From: Dictyostelium discoideum
Lineage: Eukaryota
Reading direction: 5' to 3'
Assembly (NCBI GenBank): GCA_000004695.1
Contig: CM000152.2
Location: 1,824,001-1,888,000, forward strand
DNA length: 64,000 nt
In this document: piece by piece, positions 55,453-64,000 of the stretch
Layout: each line of letters opens with the position of its first letter
Position numbering within the stretch: the first letter of the stretch is position 1
Translations under genes and position numbers: made by a program
Notes under the pieces: model-generated
The model's input: the letters and a program-made list of their open reading frames with translations, nothing else
The model's database searches: none
Told to the model about the DNA's origin: nothing

Positions 55453-58071
55453 TTATTTTCTTCTTGAATTGGAAATTGTTTTTTTATTTTCTTTTGAATC
55501 CTTATTTAAAGTTTCTGGACTTTTGAATCTTTTATTTGAAGTTTTATCTGATGAGTTTGACCAATCTTCTGACACTCTTTTTTTAAGTGGTTTATTTTGA
55601 TTTTTTTCATGTTGTTCCTCTTGTTCATTTTCTTCCTCTTCAATTGATTTTGGTCTATTTGTTGATTTTTTAGTTGGAGTTATTGGAGTTTGACTTGATT
55701 TCTTTGTTGGTGTGGTTGGAGTTTGGTTTGGTTTTTTAGTGGGAGTTATTGGAGTTTGACTTGGTTTCTTGGTTGGTGTGGTCGGAGTTTGATTTGATTT
55801 TTTGGTTGGAGTTGTTGGAGTTTGACTTGGTTTCTTTGTTGGTGTGGTTGGAGTTTGATTTGATTTCTTTGATAAAGTTTTAGTTCTTCTTTTTTCCTCC
55901 TCATCACTACTATCCTCTTCACTTGAAACAACTATTGGTTTTGTATTTGATTTTCTTGTTGTTGTTGTGGTTGTTGTTGTATGTGTAGAAGTTTGATTTG
56001 ATGGTGTTTTTTTTGATTTTTTCTTCTTTTTATCCTCTTCACTTTCATAGTCCTCATCATCCTCCTCCTCCTCTTCCTCAGATTCTTCCTCTTCAGATTC
56101 TTCCTTTTCAGATTCTTCTTTCTCTACCTTTCTTTGAGGTTTAGATTTTAATTTGCTTTTATGACTTTGATTAACATCCTCACTTTTATCAACACTTTGG
56201 TTTGTTTTTAATTTTTTTGGTGATGACTTTATTTGATTTGATTTTCTTTTTTGTTTGATTATGTATTCATTTTCTTCACTATCTTCTTGACTATCTTCTT
56301 CACTATCATTGTGTTCCTCGTCAGATTCTTCCTCTTCAATTGGTTTTAATTTCTTTGGTGGTGCTGGTGCTGGTGGTACTGCTGAATTCTTTTTATTTCT
56401 TTTTTCTTTTTCTTTTTCATTATTATCATTTTCATCTTCATTTTCACTTTCACTTTCATTTTGATTATCTTCATTATTACTATCATTATCGCTATCTTGA
56501 TCGACCTCTTCATCACTATCATTATTTTCATTTTTACCTTTATTATGGCCAGAAGCGGCAGAGGTATTAGAGGTTGATTTTATATTTGATAATGAATCAA
56601 TTTTTTCTTTTGCTAATTTTTGAGCTTCTTCCTTTTGTTGGAATAGAACGGCCAATTTTTCTATTTCGATAATTTCTGCTTTAGTGAAATAAGCAATTGC
56701 AATATTTTTGATATCCCCATATCTTTTTCTTAATGATCTCATTTTATCTTTAAGTTGACTTGGTTTTCTTTTTGATGTTGAATAATAATCCTCCTTAATC
56801 TTTATCCATCTATGACCTATTATCATTACAGCCTTAATTAATGACCTACATTCTTCATCTGTCCATAATCCAGGTAATTGTGGAGATTTAGATGAACTTT
56901 TAGTTCTTTTATTTTTATTATTTTCGTTGCTGTTTTTATTGTTGCTGTTTTTATTGTTACTGTTTTTGTTATTGTTATTACTATCGCTTTCATCATCCAT
57001 ATCATCATCATCTGCATCATCTGCATCATCTGCAGCAGCATCATCAGCATCATCATTATTATTATTATTATTTTCATTTTTATCATTTGCATCTAATAAA
57101 ACTGAATTTTTATTATTAGTGTTGTTATTAATTTCTTCAGGTGAATAAATATTACTTTGTTTACCATCGTCATAAAACCAATGATCCTCACTAACTCTAT
57201 CAAATTCATAAAATAATACTTCCTTTAATTTGAATGTTCCATCTATATTTCTTGATAATAAATGCTTAAAAAAATATAAAATTTTAAAAGTAATGTAAAA
57301 TAAAATATAATTAATATACATATATATAAAGCATAATAATAATAATAAATTATAATTTGTTTGTACATACTCTAACTTGAATTGGTTCAGGTAAAAGATC
57401 TCTAATATCATTATAAATCTCTCTAAATAATTTTGATAAAGTATCTTGACGTACAAATTCCATTGGTAAACCATCATCACCATCTCTTTCTTCAGCTTCT
57501 TTTGGTTTTTTATAAAATTTATCAAGTATTTGATTTAAGTAGTCTTGAGTTTCTCTTCTAATCTTTAATTTGTTATCTCTTAATGCTCTGATAATTTCAA
57601 TATTATCTAAAATTGAATCACTATGTAAATATGTGAACAATTTCATTAAAAAGTTTTCAATGTTTTCATTTGGTTTTGAACAATGATTTAACATTTTAAA
57701 AAAACATTTTAATAATTCAACCTAATTTTATAATTTTATTAGTAAATAGTAACAATAATGATAATAATAATAATAATAAATAAAATATAATTTATCAATT
57801 CCTCTCTCTATGGAGGACTTACATTATTATATGATTCAATAATATTTCTTGTTATATATAAAATGCTTATAAAGAAATCAATTCTTTTACCATACATTCT
57901 TTCACTTATTAATTTATTATCTGTATATCTTGTAAATTCAATATCAATTTCTTTATAGAAAAAGTAATAAATATCATCAAATATAGCTGCAACTCTTGGT
58001 GAAATACTTCTAACTTCAACATTATCTGTTGTGTTTGAGTCTGCAATTACAATATCTTGACTTGTGTCCAT
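55453..58071 (-). CDS. Myb/SANT-domain nucleolar-type protein with acidic and Lys-rich tracts and TPTKK repeats; complement(join(55453..57264,57371..57721,57823..58071))
   Basis: SANT/Myb-like 'LWTDEECRSLIKAVMIIGHRWIKIKEDY'. Introns are 57722..57822 (GTAAGT...TTAG) and 57265..57370 (GTATGT...TAAG), both phase 0. Total 2412 nt, about 803 aa. An 11-aa repeat 'QTPTTPTKK(S/P)(N/S)' occurs about 7 times (33-bp DNA unit, 55670..55890). The C-terminal half is a long acidic and Ser-rich tract. Confidence 0.65.
55670..55890 (-). repeat. 33-bp coding repeat (~7 copies) encoding QTPTTPTKKxx in the Myb/SANT gene
   Basis: Plus-strand unit 'ttggtgtggttggagtttgatttgatttctt(t)g' is iterated; protein shows 'PTTPTKKPSQTPTTPTKKSNQT...'. 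Confidence 0.85.
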
Positions 58072-58453
58072 ATTTTCAAATAATTTTGATTTTTGATTTT
58101 TGATTTTTGTTTTTATTTATTTGTTTAATTTATGATTTTATAACAAATCCGAAATTGATTGGTGAATTTCAAAAAAAAAATAAAAATAAAAAAAAATAAA
58201 AATAAAAAAAAAATATATGGAGAGAGGAAAAAAAAAAAAAAAAAATAAATTGGAAAAAATAAATAATTATTTAAAATTGATGTTATTTATAGAAAAAAAT
58301 TAAATTTTAAAAAAATTAAATAAAAAAAAAAAATTAAAAATAAAAAAATTTTTTAATTAAAAAAAAAAAAAAAAAAAAAAAAGGGGTGAAAAAAAGAATT
58401 TTAATTTTTTTTTTTTCTTTTTTTTTTAATCATCTTTTAATCATAATAAAAAA

Positions 58454-60596
<2,143 letters not shown>

Positions 60597-60988
60597 ACAT
60601 TTTAAAGTTAATTTATAAATAGAATTTAAAAATATTTTACTTTTTTTTTTTTTTTTTTTTTTTAAAGAGAATTATATAAAATAAAAGTAAGATTTTAAAA
60701 AAACAAGTTTCAATTTGAAAATCAAAAAATTTATTGTTTGTTTTTTAAAACTAATTGGTGAAAAAAAAAAAAAAAAAAAAGTTTTTAATATAAATTTACT
60801 TTTGGGAATGAATTTGTTTTTCCTCCATAATTTGAAATAAATTCAAAAGCTAAAATATAATTTGGTGGTAAAGGAATTGGAAAATCAAAATAAAGTGTAG
60901 ATGATATTCTACATTTTGGTACTAAAATTTGAGTTAACTAAAATAAAGAGGAGGAGGGGAGGATATGATTAATAATTTATTTAATTTA

Positions 60989-61039
<51 letters not shown>

Positions 61040-61040
<1 letters not shown>

Positions 61041-64000
61041 TAACTTACATATTGATGAGAAGATAATTCATTTTTTTGATTTACACTATAAAAACTAATT
61101 GAAATACCTTTAACTTGAGATTTAACACCTTCATTTTCATCATGAGTAATTATTAAACTAAAACCTCTAATATGATTTGGTACTTGATAAGCCAAAGAGA
61201 TATGAATTGATTTATTTGATTTTATTTGAACATTTGTTTTCATTGGATTTCTTTTTGGAGCAGTGATAAAAGATGTGGAATAGAGGGTGTTGTCATAGAG
61301 ATCTTTATCAGAAGGAGATAAAGGCAATGAAGAAGAGGACCAAGTTGAGATATCAGAGAGTGAATCAGAGAAAACACCATGAACTGATATTCTACCAATA
61401 TGAAGTTGTGGTTTTGAAGGTATGATACCAGATTGGAGGGCACTTAAAAATGTTGGAATGGCAGGTAATGTAAATCTTAACGAGATGATACGAGCTTGAA
61501 TTGGTTTACTCAAGATAAAGGAAACACAAGATGATGGTTGAATAACAAGATTTGGGTCACCTGAACTCCAAGCATTTGGATGTAATACCCATTGGCCAAT
61601 CTCTTGATAATGATCTCTAGTTGTAAAAGTTTTACCATAAGATATTGAAATGATTGGTAAATCATAATTATGATAACCAATCGAGTCGACAATCAAAGAG
61701 ATTGAATAAACCATTGACTCATAGGATAACATAACATCGATATCCACTGAATTAATATCAGTTGGAGCTTTCCAATACATATTCAATGGTAAAATTGAAG
61801 GAGCCAATAATATTGATTCAATTGGTGGCGATGATTCAAATGCAGCAGTTGGAACAGAGTTAATAATTCCACCTTTTGGATATTCAGCCAATGGTGTTAA
61901 CATTTCTGCAATTGATTCATAAGTTGTTGGTAAGTTTGATAATGAATTTAAATTAATATTTACATTATTTTGATTGAAATGTAGATCCAATAAAATCTTT
62001 TGATAGAATGATGGTTTAAATTTTGATTTTAATAGATAATATTGACGATCAGAGATTTGAACTTTTCTAAACAACTGTTCCTGTTTACCAATTAAAATAG
62101 CACAAGTATAACAAACCGATATTAACTTTGTACTCTCAAATTCAAATATTTTAACTTGATTTGATGATACACAAGCTGGACAATATCTTTTATAGCAATA
62201 ACAACATTGTTGATGTCTAATCTTGTCAAAGAAAACCAAAGGTTTACTACATTGTGGTCTTTGACAAACTGTTGATTTATATTTATTACTCTTTCTAATG
62301 TTAACTTCAATCTTTTCATCACGTTCAAATATAAATCTATCTGGATTCAATAGATTACTATTTATATTTAACTTTTTCAATATTTTATCTCTCTCTTGTG
62401 GTGAAATTCCAAATTGAACTCTCTTATTCTCTAATTCTAATGATTCTAAAAATGTAACTATACCTTTTAAATTTAATTCAATTATACTATTTTCATATTG
62501 TTTAATTTTAATATTATTATCAATTTGATTATTTAATTGAATTGTTTCAGTTAATTGTTGTTGTTGTTTTTGATTAACTTGTTGTTGTTGTTGTTGTTGT
62601 TGTTTTTGTTTAACTTGATTTTCATTATTATTATAATCATTAAATAATAAAATTTCATCTTGTTGTTCAGAAGTTATATTTGGTGAATCAGTTTTTAACA
62701 TTTCGATTGGTAATTGTTGTTTTTGTTGTTGATGTTGTTGATGTTTTAATAAAGAATTATAATCATTAAAACTATTATTTTTACTACCATTTGGACTACT
62801 TGGTGAAATTGGTGAAGAAGAGGAGGAAGAGGAGGAAGAAGAAGATTGATTTAAAATATTTAAAATATTATCAATTTGATAATTTATAAAAGTATTTGAA
62901 ATTGAATTATTTGATTTTTGTTGTTGTTGTTTTTTTCTTTCCATTTGATGATAAATATCATTTGTTATAGATTGAGTATAACTACTATTACTATGATAAT
63001 TCTTATTGAAATCAATTGAATTTCTATAGGTTGGATTAATATTTAAAGTTAATTGATTATTATTATTGAAATAACTATTGGAATGGTAACCAAATACTTC
63101 CACTTTTCCAATTGTCATTGGTGTATGAGTACCTGTGAATAACAGTTTAACAATACGATTGAAGTATCTATCGGATGAGACACCACCACCCAAATTATTG
63201 GTTTGATTAAATCTTGATGAATAGGCCTCCCATGGTGAGTTTGGTAGGATATAGGATAGCTTTGTACCGGTTGTACAACGTGGTAATTCAACATCTTGTA
63301 GGACGAAACTAACTTGATCATAATAATTACCAAGTAAAACATCCATTGTCTTTGGATAGGTATCACCATTGATACCATGAGCAACCGTTATACAAATCTC
63401 TGTAACAACACATGGTTGTCCTAAATAGATTACCATTTCAACTTGATTAGTATCGAGTGGTGATATCCAACAGAAATCATCAATATCACGTATAAGAATT
63501 GATGGATTTAAATTACTACCATTGTTACATAATAATGTTGGTAATGACATTACACATGATGATGGTGCTGATGATATCCAATAGGGTGATAAATCTTTAC
63601 CAATACTTGAATTAAATGGGAAAAATCTTGATGAAAATCCAAAACAATTACCCAACATTAATAAATATTGATAACTTCTATTTTCATCTGAATGTGTTAA
63701 TTGATATTTTCTTTGACTATTTAATAAATGACTTGTAGTTATTGTTGTTATTGTTGTTGGTGTTGTTGTTGTTGTTGATGTTGTTGAATTTGTTGATGTT
63801 GATGCATTTTTATTAGTTGATGATGATGATGATAATGATGATGGTGATGGTGATGATGATGATAATAGTGTTACCGCTGATACAGTGGATGTTAAACTTT
63901 TATTTAATATACCATTGGTATTATTATTATTATTATTATTATTATTTGCTTGTGTTGAAGTTGTAGTTGATGATTGTAATGTATTGGAATTAGATGAATT
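61040..64000 (-). CDS. hypothetical protein with a cysteine-rich zinc-finger-like cluster; 5' end lies beyond the window
   Basis: The reading frame stays open upstream of the listed Met (63658) through to position 64000, translating a Ser/Thr/Asn-rich tract, so the gene is 5'-truncated by the window edge. Contains 'CQRPQCSKPLVFFDKIRHQQCCYCYKRYCPACVS...SVCYTCA'. No confident family assignment. Confidence 0.4.

Overview
This window is not prokaryotic. Base composition (about 78-80% A+T), the (AAT)n and (CAA)n trinucleotide tracts encoding poly-Asn and poly-Gln, long dA/dT homopolymers, and short AT-rich introns with GTAAGT/GTATGT donors and (T)nAG acceptors all point to nuclear DNA of a Dictyostelium discoideum-like social amoeba. 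I found no CRISPR array, phage module or bacterial operon. The supplied ORF track misleads in two ways. It lists as separate ORFs exons that belong to the same spliced gene. It also accepts bacterial start codons (TTG/GTG), so some listed 'M' residues are not ATG. Re-reading splice signals and reading-frame phase by hand gives about 22 protein-coding genes. They are an Mpp10 U3-snoRNP protein (3 exons), a PHO80-type cyclin-like protein, an RCC1-repeat protein with a 16-nt first exon, a Mei2-like RNA-binding protein with three RRMs, a double-homeodomain protein, a Der/EngA double GTPase, a DHHC palmitoyltransferase, an FtsJ-like methyltransferase, a CHFR-type FHA-RING-PBZ E3 ligase (3 exons), a GID8/Twa1 LisH-CTLH protein (3 exons), a very large class II histone deacetylase, a stomatin-like SPFH protein (4 exons), an MFS transporter, a PlsC/LPLAT acyltransferase, an MPPE1/Cdc1 metallophosphoesterase, a Myb/SANT protein with 33-bp coding repeats, a TUG/ASPSCR1 UBX protein (4 exons) and several low-complexity hypothetical proteins. 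Four things merit a second look. A C4 zinc-ribbon exon resembling a transposase zinc ribbon appears to splice in-frame onto the histone deacetylase. A 4.7-kb gene-free AT tract at 42.0-46.7 kb contains tandemly duplicated motifs. A GC-rich island at about 49.9 kb is a small-RNA candidate. A two-exon, 80-codon tail-anchored protein gene at 48.5-48.9 kb is absent from the ORF track. All exon coordinates come from manual splice-site and phase reasoning and need transcript confirmation.
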